Shown here piece after piece: positions 54,970 through 63,787 of a stretch of 64,000 nucleotides of DNA (position 1 is its first letter; the number at the start of each line of letters is the position of its first letter). The position numbers and the translations under genes are program-made. Location: the IMG/VR virus record IMGVR_UViG_3300023227_000005; one strand, written 5' to 3'. This stretch comes from an uncultured virus (IMG/VR IMGVR_UViG_3300023227_000005) (lineage: Duplodnaviria; Heunggongvirae; Uroviricota; Caudoviricetes). The notes below the pieces were generated by a model, which searched no databases, had not been told where the DNA came from, and saw nothing but the letters and a program-made list of their open reading frames with translations.

Positions 54970-56310
54970 TTATACAAGTGCCAAACCGTCTTCAAGTGTA
55001 TGAAACTCACCATCAAGCTGTGCTTGATAGCATCGATCAAGAATATCCTTGAACTTAGGTCCAGGCTCCATTTCCATAGCAACCAAGTGTCTACCCTTAA
55101 CGATAGGATCAGGCTTACCAGTCATTAGGTCTAAACCCTCTGACAGTTCTTGGATCTTAGCAGCCGTAGCAGGAACGCCCTTAGGCAAAGGATGTCGACC
55201 ACTGTGATCGGCCTCTATCAACCTAACAAGCATAGCGATGTTCGATGGTGCAACACGCACAGCCAATCGTCGCACAAGCCTGTTGTTAGGCTCAACTCCG
55301 ATATGAGACATGTGCTCCACAACCAAAGGAACAACCTTCTTGACTACAGACTCGCCGAAGCCCATTCTTGCAAGCAAGCTTCTCGTAAGGTCAGCACCCT
55401 CTTCTGCATGGCCAGGAGATCTCCATCTCTCATCACGCATGACCGTAGTATTAGCTTTACCTAAGTCGTGGCACAATGCCGCTAGCATCAATACCAAACG
55501 ATCATCGTCGTTAAGCTTATCACGTACTGCAATATCTCTAGCTGCATCGCAGACTAGGGAGGTATGGGTGAGACAGTCGCCCTCGGGATGCCATTCAGCG
55601 TCTTGTGGTAAGCCAACGAGTGCATGAAGCTCTGGAAACAGTTCTATCCACTTAGTATCACGCAAGAAGTACAGTCCAGCACTAGGCTTGACAGACTTCA
55701 ACGCCCACTTCAACACTTCTCCGTAGATACGCTCAGTAGAGATAGTATGAGCTTCTGACAACAAACTCTTACACATCAGAGAGGTACTAGGATCGACAGT
55801 AAGGTTAAACCTAGAAGCAAATTGAAACCCTCTAAGAGTTCTAAGAGGATCTTGGGCAAATTTGTCACTAGTCGCCCTCAGAACTCTATTTTTAAGATCC
55901 TCAACTCCACCAAACGGATCAAACAAGTTTCCATCACAATCTTTAGAGATACTATTGATAGTAAAATCTCTACGACTCGCAGCTTCTGTTATGGTCATAT
56001 TGTGATCCACCTCTACTGTAAAGCCTTGGTGACCATCGGCCACCTTACTGTCACGTCTCGGTAAAGTAAAGTCGAAGTCGTCATCTGGAGTAGTCAATTT
56101 GATTACACCAAACGACACTCCAACGCAATCGACCTTACCAAAAGGTTTAAGGACAGTGATAAGCTCGTCAGCGGACAGGCCGTACACTTCAACGTCAATG
56201 TCTTTGCTGTTTTTAATACCCAGGATTTCATCCCTCACACAGCCACCAACGAACAAAGGGCGACCACCAACCCTAGTAACCGCGTCTAATATCTCTTGCA
56301 TGTGCGTCAT
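54970..56310 (-). CDS. cca: tRNA nucleotidyltransferase (CCA-adding enzyme) with HD domain
   Basis: VGGCVRD, DIDVE, RRDFTINS, DPLRTLR..FASRF, WHPEG, LCHDLGK. Confidence 0.94.
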   Translation of the reverse strand: MTHMQEILDAVTRVGGRPLFVGGCVRDEILGIKNSKDIDVEVYGLSADELITVLKPFGKVDCVGVSFGVIKLTTPDDDFDFTLPRRDSKVADGHQGFTVEVDHNMTITEAASRRDFTINSISKDCDGNLFDPFGGVEDLKNRVLRATSDKFAQDPLRTLRGFQFASRFNLTVDPSTSLMCKSLLSEAHTISTERIYGEVLKWALKSVKPSAGLYFLRDTKWIELFPELHALVGLPQDAEWHPEGDCLTHTSLVCDAARDIAVRDKLNDDDRLVLMLAALCHDLGKANTTVMRDERWRSPGHAEEGADLTRSLLARMGFGESVVKKVVPLVVEHMSHIGVEPNNRLVRRLAVRVAPSNIAMLVRLIEADHSGRHPLPKGVPATAAKIQELSEGLDLMTGKPDPIVKGRHLVAMEMEPGPKFKDILDRCYQAQLDGEFHTLEDGLALV

Positions 56311-56397
56311 TGTATCTACCTTTCTTGATTTTGATTAGAACGAGCCACATAAAGAAGTGGACCAATACACATAACACCGCAGGCCATAAGATTGGCA

Positions 56398-56730
56398 TCA
56401 ATACCCCTCCGCTAACTCACAACACACCCAAAAAGACGTGTGGTTACGAATGGAAGAAGACTCAGGCATACCAAACCAAACCTCACCAGCAATACGCATG
56501 ATCTTGTCTGCTTCGTATTGCCTATATCCAACAACTGGATCTTCTGTAACTTCTTTCTTAATTTGCTTACGCACTATAACACAAGCCTCTTCCTCCGCTT
56601 TGGCGGTGATGTTTCCATTGTGCCGATGGTTACTGTAATAAGGATGAAATTCCCTAATGGCTGCAATCATAACGTCTTCGTTACTGCGTGCAACTTCTAG
56701 GTACTTGTCAACACAATCTTGTTCGTTCAT
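56398..56730 (-). CDS. Hypothetical protein
   Basis: Start adjusted to MNEQD. Confidence 0.68.
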   Translation of the reverse strand: MNEQDCVDKYLEVARSNEDVMIAAIREFHPYYSNHRHNGNITAKAEEEACVIVRKQIKKEVTEDPVVGYRQYEADKIMRIAGEVWFGMPESSSIRNHTSFWVCCELAEGY

Positions 56731-56893
56731 TTTACTTCTCGTAGTTTTGATTTCTGAGGACGAACCTAGTGAAAACGCACAGGCCCTTAACAAACAAGCC
56801 AGCTTTTCCGCTCTCAATGATTGTGGTCAAGCACCTTATCCCGATTCGTCTGTGTCCGTCTGCGATCCGGTCTTTTTCCTTTGTCATGCCTAG

Positions 56894-56921
56894 ATTATAC
56901 TCGCGATGCTCGACATGTCAA
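56894..56921 (-). promoter_or_regulatory. Promoter TTGACA-N16-TATAAT (leaderless small ORF follows)
   Basis: 16-bp spacer; ATG at 56887 follows a 6-nt gap. Confidence 0.85.
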
Positions 56922-57203
56922 GGCTAAAGTTTTAGATTTTGTCTTAAAACCAGCTTTTATTTTGCTCTTCAAGAATGATCTCTTTTGAAAGGTATAGCCC
57001 CCTAGAGACACCATCAAGGAAGGCGGCTTCGATAGCCTCTTCTTTTGTCTTGTCTTTGTCTAGTAGGATCTTCAACTCTTTGACTCTAACCTTTAGCTCT
57101 TCTGTTGCTCTATTACTACTCATGCTTGTCTAATCCTTTCTTTTAATTGCGTGGTGGATGTGATCTCAGCTACGTCTGGCACCAACACCAAACTGATTCT
57201 CAT

Positions 57204-57635
57204 TTAATCTTCCAACTCTTTTTCGATAGCTTCTAGCTCCATCTTTGCCCGAAGTTCAGGACTGATGATCTTATCTAGTCTTTCTTCAAGCTTGGCAAGG
57301 TTTCTCTTGTCCTTGTCGATGTTGATCTTGTTGACACGAGTCTTGATATCGCTCATCCAATCGTTAGGAGAGTAGTCACACACTACGCAGTCTTCTTTGA
57401 CTCCTAGCTCTTCAATTACCTCTTTCCAGCTGGTCTCTCTAGCACGTACTGCACTAGCGATAGAGACAAGCTCAGAGACGGTCTGTAGCGTCCTGATGTT
57501 GATCTTGTCTCCGCCCAGGGTAAAGACACAATTGGTCTTCCAAGATGGATTCTCGACCTTTTGAATCTGAGACTTCTTCTCTTTGACTTTTTCAATAAGA
57601 AGCAGAACGGTTTGGTCTTGTGCTGGTTTGGTCAT
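57204..57635 (-). CDS. Hypothetical coiled-coil protein
   Basis: WKTNC...DW..DIKTR; start MTKPA. Confidence 0.72.
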   Translation of the reverse strand: MTKPAQDQTVLLLIEKVKEKKSQIQKVENPSWKTNCVFTLGGDKINIRTLQTVSELVSIASAVRARETSWKEVIEELGVKEDCVVCDYSPNDWMSDIKTRVNKINIDKDKRNLAKLEERLDKIISPELRAKMELEAIEKELED

Positions 57636-57964
57636 GATTTCCCTAAGGCTGATAGTAGTGCTTCTTCCCAACAACACCCGCCGTTGTAGTATTGTAGAGT
57701 ATATGTATAAGATCCGTCTTCTTGCATTTCTGCGTCAAAAATACCAGAGTCAAGATCTTCTATTGCTTTGTTGTCTGCAACCCAAACTGTGTCATCAATC
57801 ACAAGAGCCTTTTTATAATACTCTTCGTTGAACCATTCTTCTACCGATCTCCAAGACAGGTCGTCTGAGTCTGGTTGCTTGTCCTGAGGCAAAGTAAGAA
57901 TAAAGGCAGAAACAGTGAGGCCAGTGTCTCTTAGTGTGCCATGGTGGTGTTCTGTTCTACTCAC
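57632..57964 (-). CDS. Hypothetical protein
   Basis: YYNGGCCWEEAL motif; operon-coupled. Confidence 0.72.
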   Translation of the reverse strand: MSRTEHHHGTLRDTGLTVSAFILTLPQDKQPDSDDLSWRSVEEWFNEEYYKKALVIDDTVWVADNKAIEDLDSGIFDAEMQEDGSYTYTLQYYNGGCCWEEALLSALGKS

Positions 57965-58451
57965 CTTTCACCTCGTCTTGGTGTGCAAGTTCCATTCGAT
58001 GGCGAATAACGTCAGAGTATTTAGAAGCAGCATCGTCAAAGTCCTCAAGGGCCTCCTTTAGCTCTTTCGAAGTCTTTCCGTCCCTACATGCGTCCATAGC
58101 ACACTCAATAGCAAAGTTCGCAACCGTCATTGTGTCAAATTGTTCCATCTTTTTCTCCTTCTCGAAGTGCTCATTTAACTGGTCATCCCAGTCTTTATTT
58201 CTTTTATCTAGCTCATCCGCAATTACCCTTAGATTCCAAGAGGACAAAGCACCACCTCCGCTTGACCCATAGTAATAAAATCCATCTTCAAGTGGAAAAA
58301 TATCACCAGCCTCGTCAACTCTTTGTATTATCTTCTGTGCTTCCTGATTCATTTTTACAACTTTATAACGAGGAAACTTCGTAGCTAAATGATAGCAACC
58401 ATAGAATGGTAACCAAACCAAACCAAGAGAAACCCCAAGGACTAACAGCAA
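57957..58451 (-). CDS. Hypothetical protein (start uncertain)
   Basis: EDGFYYY...LRVIADELD. Confidence 0.62.
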   Translation of the reverse strand: MLLVLGVSLGLVWLPFYGCYHLATKFPRYKVVKMNQEAQKIIQRVDEAGDIFPLEDGFYYYGSSGGGALSSWNLRVIADELDKRNKDWDDQLNEHFEKEKKMEQFDTMTVANFAIECAMDACRDGKTSKELKEALEDFDDAASKYSDVIRHRMELAHQDEVKGE

Positions 58452-58591
58452 AGGCTACCCCAAAGAAACAGCGAGAGAGTTACAAATAATATCTGTTTGC
58501 TTATCTTTAATGATGATATTTTCTGGCTCATAAATATACATCAGGACTGTAAAACAAACCAAAACGCTAACAATCCAGATAACAAAGTAAG

Positions 58592-58900
58592 TCATACTAA
58601 TCCCTTTTTCATTTGAACGAACATAGAGCCATAACGCTCTTTGAAGTCTTTCTTCCGTTGTGTGATACCAGTGTCAATCTCATGCAGGTCCAAGTGAATA
58701 CTATCCTCGATAGTGTCAAACTCTCCGTGCATAGACTTAGAAAAGCTAATTAGCTCTTGAAATGAGTATTCAATTTGAGTCTCAACTTCTGCCACCTCAT
58801 ATCCCAGCGAGTTAGGGCCGATCCACTCAATCATCATGCCAAGTCTCTTTACTAGGGCATTGACATAACGCTTGTTGCCTTTGGCTATTGTAAACTTCAT
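58592..58900 (-). CDS. Hypothetical protein
   Basis: RBS GGAG. Confidence 0.68.
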   Translation of the reverse strand: MKFTIAKGNKRYVNALVKRLGMMIEWIGPNSLGYEVAEVETQIEYSFQELISFSKSMHGEFDTIEDSIHLDLHEIDTGITQRKKDFKERYGSMFVQMKKGLV

Positions 58901-59370
58901 ACTTTCTTATTCTCCAATCTAGCCTTACACTTTAGACAACGGTAACTGCTAGAACGCTTACGATAGCTGCCTCCACCAACCCACAAACAGCGAGGGCACT
59001 CTAGCATCCATTTGTAAGGGGCTCGCAGGTCCAGTGGCACGTTTGTGCAAGTTTCTGGTCTAGCACCCATCTGTTTCGCTGCACGCTTCCAGACCTGACC
59101 GTGGCCATTTCCAGGACCGACAAGAGCGTGGGCTACCTCGTGGCGGATTGTGTTCTCAGCATAGTGAGGGCATCGGTCAAGTACCCAGCTTGAAAGCTGA
59201 ATTGTCTTCTTACGATAGCTACACATGCCTAAACGACGATTAGATCTGTTGTTAACCTCAAAACGCCATACGTTTAGGTTCTGCTCTTTTAAGAGACGGT
59301 CCGCCAACTGATACGCATCAACGTATGTAATAATCTGACTCACACTATTCCTTTGTTCTTTTGTTTTCAT
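58897..59370 (-). CDS. SprT-like Zn metalloprotease
   Basis: RRLGMC, TIRHEVAHALV..GHG..WK, CPRC/CLKC. Confidence 0.9.
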   Translation of the reverse strand: MKTKEQRNSVSQIITYVDAYQLADRLLKEQNLNVWRFEVNNRSNRRLGMCSYRKKTIQLSSWVLDRCPHYAENTIRHEVAHALVGPGNGHGQVWKRAAKQMGARPETCTNVPLDLRAPYKWMLECPRCLWVGGGSYRKRSSSYRCLKCKARLENKKV

Positions 59371-59376
59371 GTTGTC

Positions 59377-59404
59377 ACTATACACAGAGACTTAGAAATG
59401 TCAA
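59377..59404 (-). promoter_or_regulatory. Promoter TTGACA-N16-TATAGT (leaderless)
   Basis: 16-bp spacer; ATG follows a 6-nt gap. Confidence 0.8.
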
Positions 59405-59486
59405 GAGGCAAAATAAAAGAAAATTAAGATAAAACCTGATTTTGAGTGATTATTATACACTAAAATGATCGTAGCAGTCTCCAAAT

Positions 59487-60416
59487 TTATTTAGGAGCAT
59501 GAATGACGGGCAAACCATTGCCACAAGAAGGTCTGGCTTTATTTGGATTCTCTGTAAACCACTCTTGGACGTAATGAAGCTGGCCACATCCACCCCCGAT
59601 ATCATCTTGTCCAGCGGGGTCAAATACTCGCACATTATAACCCTTGGCTAACATTTTGCCACTAAAGTCTACAGCTAAATCTCTTTGTCCATCACTTCTA
59701 GACGGAAGGCCCTCGTTACGCTCACAGATCACGCTAATCGTGCATTCCCACACGTCGGGAGTGAACAGGACAGCAAGACGATCAGCATCTTCGTGAGTGC
59801 TATTATCCTCACCAGCACAGTAGTTAAAGAACGGCTTACGACCAGTGGCATTGTACCACTTAGTTCCAAGCTCTGCAATCTCTTCAAGAGTCAACTTGGA
59901 CTTGAATGGAATCAGTTTGTCACGATCTTCGTCTGTACTCTTGTGGACAGAGAACTGTAGTCCCACGTTCTCAAGGTCTATCGAAGCCTTGAAAAATTGA
60001 TCCCAGTTAACGTCTGGTCCAATCGTACTCAATAGCAACTTGGCCGTTGGGTACATATTGTTCAGAATATAGAGGGCACTCACCATGTTCTTTTGGTTAA
60101 GCATAGGCTCGCCCATACTCATGAACATAATCTGCAATCGGTCCATTTCTTTAGATTCGACGCCGGTCTCATCCATACAGTGGACAACCTGTGCTACAAT
60201 CTCATCCGCACTCAAACTACGGACAAAGTAATCCCCAGCACCACAGAAACGACAACCAACAGGACAACCTGACTGACTAGAGCAGCAGATGACTGTGCGA
60301 TCCTCGTAAGTAGGGTACTTATAGAGAACAGCCTCAGCTACGGCGTTGTCTTTCTTAAAGACATACTTAGCGACATTGCCCTCTGCACTGTCAATACGTT
60401 TAGTTTCATTCCACAT
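59487..60416 (-). CDS. RlmN/Cfr-family radical SAM RNA methyltransferase
   Basis: CCSSQSGCPVGCRFC, MSMGEP, DIGGGCGQL. Confidence 0.9.
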   Translation of the reverse strand: MWNETKRIDSAEGNVAKYVFKKDNAVAEAVLYKYPTYEDRTVICCSSQSGCPVGCRFCGAGDYFVRSLSADEIVAQVVHCMDETGVESKEMDRLQIMFMSMGEPMLNQKNMVSALYILNNMYPTAKLLLSTIGPDVNWDQFFKASIDLENVGLQFSVHKSTDEDRDKLIPFKSKLTLEEIAELGTKWYNATGRKPFFNYCAGEDNSTHEDADRLAVLFTPDVWECTISVICERNEGLPSRSDGQRDLAVDFSGKMLAKGYNVRVFDPAGQDDIGGGCGQLHYVQEWFTENPNKARPSCGNGLPVIHAPK

Positions 60417-60502
60417 CTTGTTTCTCTCTAATTGTAATGTCATAAATATATCTACCGACATGAAACGGCAACAAAACCGGCTCATTGATGAGTCATGCTT
60501 TC

Positions 60503-60530
60503 ATTATACAGAATACAGACAGATAGTCAA
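60503..60530 (-). promoter_or_regulatory. Promoter TTGACT-N16-TATAAT
   Basis: 16-bp spacer. Confidence 0.8.
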
Positions 60531-60603
60531 CCCTAAATCCTAAAAATACCCAGAAACGCCCAGGAAGCCCCTGCGGCGGCGTGTTGATTGTTTGGGTAGT
60601 ACC

Positions 60604-61014
60604 CTAAAGCAACGCATCTGAAATGTTAGAAGACTGAGTCTTGAACAGATCGTATAGCATACACTCAGCGATTGTCTCAGATACAGCCTTAACCGCCTTC
60701 TGTGCGATCTCAGATACCTTGTCGGAAGTCCCGTGTGACAACTGGTCTCGGTAGACATCAACCCTACCATTCGCCTTCCTACCCTTGATCTCCATTGAGT
60801 AGTAGAATGTCACACACATTTTGTATGAATCTTCAACGACTGCCCACTTGAAATCAATGTCAAGACGATCAAAGCCTGACATAAGGATAGAATTAAGAGC
60901 CTTGTCTTTCATCTCTCCGTACAGTCTGATAGAATCATCAGTTGGTGCCCGATGTTCTGTGATGGTGACCTCTTGCTTGCCACCGCCGACGTATGTGTTT
61001 GTTGTGTTAAACAT
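60604..61014 (-). CDS. Hypothetical protein
   Basis: EHRAPTDDSIRL phage-type motif. Confidence 0.72.
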   Translation of the reverse strand: MFNTTNTYVGGGKQEVTITEHRAPTDDSIRLYGEMKDKALNSILMSGFDRLDIDFKWAVVEDSYKMCVTFYYSMEIKGRKANGRVDVYRDQLSHGTSDKVSEIAQKAVKAVSETIAECMLYDLFKTQSSNISDALL

Positions 61015-61382
61015 TAGTAGCAGACAAAGTTAAAGAAAGCAGAAATACCCCACATCAAAACAGTAAGAAAGGTAACGACAAAAGAGTTAACAGTAGCTAC
61101 TGTCTTTTTGTCGTTTTCTTTTGAGTTAGCAGATACAGCGACAATGGCTGGCGTCACAGCCACACTAAGGGCAAACAAACTACCCCAATACATCTTGAAT
61201 GTCAAGAAGTCCTCTTTGAGATAGAAGATATCCCAAGTAGAGCCCATGTCAGTAACAACATGATAAGCTAAAAATAGATTACCAATAGACCAAAAGAAGG
61301 CCACGATAAAATCAATCACTCTTTCCATCTTCTTTTTCCCTTTTCCAGTAGAACATACCATTGAGCCACTTCTTACGCTCAT
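61014..61382 (-). CDS. 3-TM membrane protein (start likely MERV at ~61328)
   Basis: Three hydrophobic helices. Confidence 0.68.
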   Translation of the reverse strand: MSVRSGSMVCSTGKGKKKMERVIDFIVAFFWSIGNLFLAYHVVTDMGSTWDIFYLKEDFLTFKMYWGSLFALSVAVTPAIVAVSANSKENDKKTVATVNSFVVTFLTVLMWGISAFFNFVCY

Positions 61383-61575
61383 TACAGTCGCACTCGGACA
61401 GTCCGAACCAACTCTTAAACCTATCTTGAGTGATGCCCATAGAACTAAGGACGCTCTCTACAACATCACCCACACCAACCTTGTCGTAGTCATCGTTGTG
61501 CTTCAAGCCTTCGCCCTCTAGCTTTTCAATGACCTTATCAAGATCTTTTCTTATTTGCTTTTGCTCTTTGCCCAT
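61312..61575 (-). CDS. Hypothetical protein
   Basis: GVGDVVE...CDCNERKKWLN. Confidence 0.72.
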   Translation of the reverse strand: MGKEQKQIRKDLDKVIEKLEGEGLKHNDDYDKVGVGDVVESVLSSMGITQDRFKSWFGLSECDCNERKKWLNGMFYWKREKEDGKSD

Positions 61576-61578
61576 GAT

Positions 61579-61860
61579 CTAATACAACTCTCTAGGGAGA
61601 ATGTGATAGTAAGGATCTGGCAAGGTCTCTTCTTCTATTCGGATCTTCATGTCCATGAACTTTTGTAGTGCCACTACATTCTCACCCCTAACACCAATCA
61701 ACAGTCCAGGCCTGTATAGTCTAACGGTATAGCTCTTACCGCTTACACTAGTGGAGGTTATACGAAGAGAATTAAGGGCAGCAAGAGCACCACCACGATT
61801 GCCCTCGCTCCTCTTTAAGTAGAACTGTCCAAGGCACTGATCTGCTTGCTCTTTGTTCAT
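61579..61860 (-). CDS. KH-domain (type II, uS3-like) protein
   Basis: RPGLLIGVRGENVVALQK GxxG loop. Confidence 0.7.
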   Translation of the reverse strand: MNKEQADQCLGQFYLKRSEGNRGGALAALNSLRITSTSVSGKSYTVRLYRPGLLIGVRGENVVALQKFMDMKIRIEEETLPDPYYHILPRELY

Positions 61861-62202
61861 TCTTTTCTCTTGTTTATTAAGCGTGAAACATTATACTCAA
61901 CCATCCTGGCTGTGAAAATGATACCTAGCGATGCGACCAGTGATGCCGTACCTCCCGTCATATACATAGACGACAAAAGAATCGTAAGTAGGATCGCCCA
62001 CACAAACAACATTCTTTTTTCTTTTATCCAATTCATACTTTCGTCTCACTAGGTCTATAAGGAATCAAGATTGAGCCAATCAAGAGACCCGCAAAGTAGC
62101 CAAATATGTCCCCAAGGTCAGATTCACTAAAGCCTCTAAATAATGAGCAACTAAAAACCGCAATCAATACAAAGAAACAACACAAAAAAATGTGATTAAA
62201 CA

Positions 62203-62442
62203 TTACGCTACCAACTGAGGTTCAAGGAATCGGTTAAGGCTAAGGAATCGAAGCACTTCGCTTGGTGCAACACCATCTTCATGTTCAACTTGGTATAGAA
62301 TACCCGAACCAAAGACGCCATCAGATTGAGAAGCCAACTCGACTTGACTACCACCATCGACAAACAGGTGAACGACACGCTCATTGTTCAGGTATAGAAC
62401 TACAGTATGAGTAAACTGATTGGTCTCTGAAATTTTCTTCAT
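62203..62442 (-). CDS. Hypothetical protein
   Basis: ORF in gene-dense run. Confidence 0.6.
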   Translation of the reverse strand: MKKISETNQFTHTVVLYLNNERVVHLFVDGGSQVELASQSDGVFGSGILYQVEHEDGVAPSEVLRFLSLNRFLEPQLVA

Positions 62443-62456
62443 TGTTTTTCTTGTTG

Positions 62457-62870
62457 TTAGAAGTCGCAGTCGGAAGTGTCTGGTCCAATCTCTTCATTAA
62501 GCAGATCTCTGTATCCTTCAATCAAGTTGATAGGAATGATAGTGCCACACGAATCGCATAGTCTCACTGCTTGTGCATCCTGTTCAGGCGAGAAGCCAGC
62601 ATCTCTCCTACTGACCAAGGCTTGAGCTAGATCTTCTGTGTCTACTAGTATCTTGCTTCCATCCATCAATTGTAGGTTAGCAGTAACATTAACAAGGGTT
62701 CTTGCTAATAGCCCGGTCTCTTTGTTGCTACGCCAACTCTTGAAGCCTCCGACAAAGGCCATCTTCGCCGTTGTCCTGATGACCTTGTATTGAGTAGTGT
62801 CAGCACAGTTGCCGCCACAATGGATGACGGTGTCACCCACACTGATTGGTTGTCCAATTGAATCGATCAT
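62457..62870 (-). CDS. Hypothetical protein
   Basis: DSIGQPISVGDTV KOW-like start. Confidence 0.68.
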   Translation of the reverse strand: MIDSIGQPISVGDTVIHCGGNCADTTQYKVIRTTAKMAFVGGFKSWRSNKETGLLARTLVNVTANLQLMDGSKILVDTEDLAQALVSRRDAGFSPEQDAQAVRLCDSCGTIIPINLIEGYRDLLNEEIGPDTSDCDF

Positions 62871-63196
62871 AGTTCCACAATGTCAAAGTCGGAAGATTTG
62901 TGAGAACGACCATTCGCATACCAACTACGATCATAGTTATTACCGTAGAATCCGTGTGAGGTACCCCAATCTTCGTTGGCTTCACGATACATAGCCTTGA
63001 CGTAGTCGCCGTTACGCATCTTTACCAACACTTCGCCCCTGCCTTCTTGTCCGTTGCCCGCATGTAGACAACGACGCTTTAACTCCTTGGTGAAGTCATT
63101 AAGGTCATTCTGCGATGGCGGGAACATGGCTTGGTTTGTCATACTACTCTTCATGATTAAAAGTCCAGATTGATGTTGTGTGTTGTATGTCCCCAT
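62867..63196 (-). CDS. Hypothetical protein (true start downstream of the promoter)
   Basis: WYANG.....DFDIVE. Confidence 0.65.
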   Translation of the reverse strand: MGTYNTQHQSGLLIMKSSMTNQAMFPPSQNDLNDFTKELKRRCLHAGNGQEGRGEVLVKMRNGDYVKAMYREANEDWGTSHGFYGNNYDRSWYANGRSHKSSDFDIVEL

Positions 63197-63222
63197 TATA
63201 TCACGAACTTGCTTCGTGTCAA
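63195..63222 (-). promoter_or_regulatory. Promoter TTGACA-N16-TATAAT
   Basis: Perfect hexamers, 16-bp spacer. Confidence 0.85.
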
Positions 63223-63472
63223 CCCTCTCCGATCATATTTCCGAGAATTTCTCTGAGATAAAGTCGGCCACGGTGCGTCACTTTGAAGTTGCCCCTCTTG
63301 CTCACCTTGACTAAAGCATGATGAAGAAGAATTCCCTGAACAGTAGAGCCATTGTGTCAACCGCAAACAACCTTTAATAAACCATGCCTAACAACCTCTA
63401 CTGGTGTTATTGATCCGAAGTCAGCACCAAGCTCAGCTTGATAATTGATAATATCTGTCTCTCTTATGTGTA

Positions 63473-63787
63473 TCATACGCACACCACCACCTTGTCGGAG
63501 ACATAGTCTGGGTGACTCTTGTCAAAGAGCTTTGGAAACTGTTCCTTATGCTTGGCGTCATACCAACCAGCCATCCAGGTCATACGTTTTTCGCCCTCTT
63601 CTGCTGGTGCGTTGTGCATACCGCAAGACTTGTATGGTGAATCATCAACACAAACCCCATCAGAGAAAGCCTCTGTGCCCTCTAGGTATTGTGCTTTATT
63701 TCTAATCTTCTGTGTAACTTTGGGTAGTGACATATTGTCTCCTAAAAAGGTATATGTGAATAGTCTGTTCTTTTGTTTATTGGCCAT
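63473..63787 (-). CDS. Rmf-like small protein (start likely MSLPK at 63733)
   Basis: EGTEAFSDG...SPY...RMTWMAGWYDA; RBS AGGAG. Confidence 0.6.
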   Translation of the reverse strand: MANKQKNRLFTYTFLGDNMSLPKVTQKIRNKAQYLEGTEAFSDGVCVDDSPYKSCGMHNAPAEEGEKRMTWMAGWYDAKHKEQFPKLFDKSHPDYVSDKVVVCV

